DNA of 64,000 nucleotides from Nitrososphaerota archaeon (GTDB taxonomy: Archaea > Thermoproteota > Nitrososphaeria > Nitrososphaerales > Gagatemarchaeaceae). Position 1 is the stretch's first letter. Each line of letters opens with the position of its first letter. The position numbers and the translations under genes were made by a program. The stretch is taken from contig JAPCJH010000002.1 in assembly GCA_027887045.1 (NCBI GenBank), forward strand, positions 134,723 to 198,722, in the 5' to 3' direction. The notes under the pieces are model-generated. The model made no database searches and was not told where the DNA came from. It worked only from the letters and a program-made list of their open reading frames with translations. Shown here one piece after another: positions 62,831-64,000 of this stretch.

Positions 62831-64000
62831 CATGCTTCGGGCACCGTCGCGTAACCGCTTTGCCGCTCTCACCGTGAAGCTTCTGGGTCTGGGGGTAGGG
62901 GTGGTGAGCGTTTCGTTGGCGCTGGCATATTTGTTCGATGACGCTACGTTTCTGGTGGGAACTGGGCGGACTCAGCTCGGTGATGTTATTGCGGTCCTGG
63001 CTTCGGCGTCCCTTGCGTTCACGGGTGCGGCACTAATCGCCCAACTTCCCGAATCCTTCAGGGTCAGATTCAGAAGGATTCCGACAGCCATACAGAGGAA
63101 GCCGGTTTATGGACTAGGCACAATGCTCGCGGTCGGGATAGGCGCGACCCTTGGATCACCTCTCTTCATCCTGATCCCCGAGAACATCGTACAGTACACA
63201 ATCGTTTCGTTGGGGTCCCTGGTTCTAGCCGCAATCCTCTCCGTTGGGATGGCCAAGGTCTATTCGGACATGTACGTCGAATCGAAGGCGCTCGGTCTGG
63301 GGAGCGTGGGAGGACCGTCCTTCACCAAGCTAGCCGCGGGGACCAAGAGCGCGAGGTACTTCATCTCCCGGCTTTCGATGTGGGTGGCAAACACAGCCCT
63401 CGCAGCGTACACAAAGATAGTGTTCCTGGTATTCGACTTCGTCTTCATGCCCCAGATCTTACAGGGATATGGGTTCAGCCCGGTACTGTCTCAGCTCACA
63501 ATCTATCTGATCGCTGCGGCCTTCATCGCCTGGACCCTGCTCAACATAGCTTTTGAACAACGCTTTCTTCGTGTGATAGGGGCAGCCCAGATTCTCCTTA
63601 CAGCGCTCTTGCTCGTGATCCTACTTTATCACAGTCTCCTCTTGGGCAATAAGGGGAGCTGGAATCTCGCAGGCCTGTTCAGTCTTCCGCCGGGGCTTGG
63701 GTGGGTACCTGCGCTCATCATAAACACGGGATATCTCTACTTACTCTTCTTCGGGTTCCAGGAGATTCAATCGCTCGAGAGGGACGCGGTTGAGCGCTCC
63801 TCCGTTCCGATTGTGTCATGGATCAGGAAGGGGTATCAGCTCGAAAGGACCACTTACTTCGGCATAGCGATGGTCGCGAGCGTCGTGGTGGCTTCGGCGG
63901 TGAACATCTTTTACGCACTGGCTGTCTTCTCCGTGCACCCAAGCTCGAGTGCGCTGCTTAGCTCGCAGATTCCAGCCCTCTACCTCGCCCAGAATCTCCT
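62831..64000 (+). CDS. Polytopic membrane transporter-like protein (APC-superfamily-like), 3' partial at window end
   Basis: ATG at 62831 opens a frame to the window edge. At least nine hydrophobic helices (…GLGTMLAVGIGATLGSPLFILIPENIV…YGFSPVLSQLTIYLIAAAFIAWTLLNIAF…). Not in the ORF track because it is unterminated. Confidence 0.4.

Noticed and set aside
1-64000. CRISPR arrays or cas genes
   Set aside because: No regularly spaced 25-40-bp direct repeats were seen. The only TnpB-like sequence is an IS605-family relic without an adjacent array.

Overview
This 64 kb window looks archaeal: genes are densely packed, many start with GTG or TTG and overlap the upstream stop codon, there are TATA-like boxes just ahead of apparently leaderless starts, the tRNAs and an intein/LAGLIDADG endonuclease look archaeal, and there is an AglH-like glycosyltransferase. 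GC content is about 55-58% overall.

From start to end the window contains:
- 1-300: the 5' end of a superfamily-2 helicase gene, cut by the window edge.
- 1.1-4.7 kb: a cytosine-methylation and deamination-repair locus. It holds a MUG/TDG-like UDG-superfamily glycosylase candidate, Vsr, a Dcm C5-methyltransferase and an unassigned 295-aa partner.
- 4.7-6.1 kb: two AbrB/MazE-like small genes flanking a pilin-like secreted protein, with palindrome-containing direct repeats at their shared start.
- 6.15-16.5 kb: a lower-GC, small-ORF-rich stretch that looks like an integrated mobile element. It contains a replication-protein candidate next to a GAGTACGGGT iteron array, several Cys/His zinc-ribbon proteins, a divergent tyrosine-recombinase-like gene and an intact tyrosine integrase.
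- 16.8-26.4 kb: a housekeeping block. MTAP, APRT, a second MTAP/PNP paralog, SAH hydrolase, MetRS, an FtsZ-family GTPase, a DUF59 protein and glycine-cleavage P-protein subunits 2 and 1.
- 26.4-28.1 kb: a surface-anchored protein.
- 28.1-30.4 kb: an AmmeMemoRadiSam-type radical SAM enzyme (AmrS). It is interrupted by a 404-aa LAGLIDADG intein sitting exactly on the third Cys of the CxxxCxxC motif.
- 30.4-33.1 kb: a three-gene operon with an SPFH/zinc-ribbon YdjI-like protein.
- 33.2-35.4 kb: a truncated EamA gene carrying a 21-bp tandem duplication, a compositionally aberrant GC-rich prenyltransferase-repeat gene, and a tRNA-Gln-like element with about 18 extra nucleotides in its 5' half.
- 35.5-57.3 kb: a large surface-glycan biosynthesis island. 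It includes DUF354, a degenerate NDP-sugar dehydrogenase paralog, a Gfo/Idh/MocA oxidoreductase, an LbH acetyltransferase, an AglH-like GlcNAc-1-P transferase, several GT2 and GT4 glycosyltransferases, methyltransferases and a GT-C-like membrane protein. An IS200/IS605-family TnpB pseudogene breaks the island at 42.2-43.3 kb. The island also carries SSB, a dual-specificity phosphatase, PAC2, a binding protein and dehydrogenases.
- 57.6-59.7 kb: an ArsR-like regulator, a flavin reductase-like protein and a membrane protein.
- 59.8-60.0 kb: divergent tRNA-Leu(GAG) and tRNA-Thr(CGU) genes.
- 60.0-61.0 kb: a frameshifted free-standing LAGLIDADG endonuclease pseudogene directly after tRNA-Thr.
- 61.1-64.0 kb: a coiled-coil protein and membrane proteins.

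No CRISPR array was seen.
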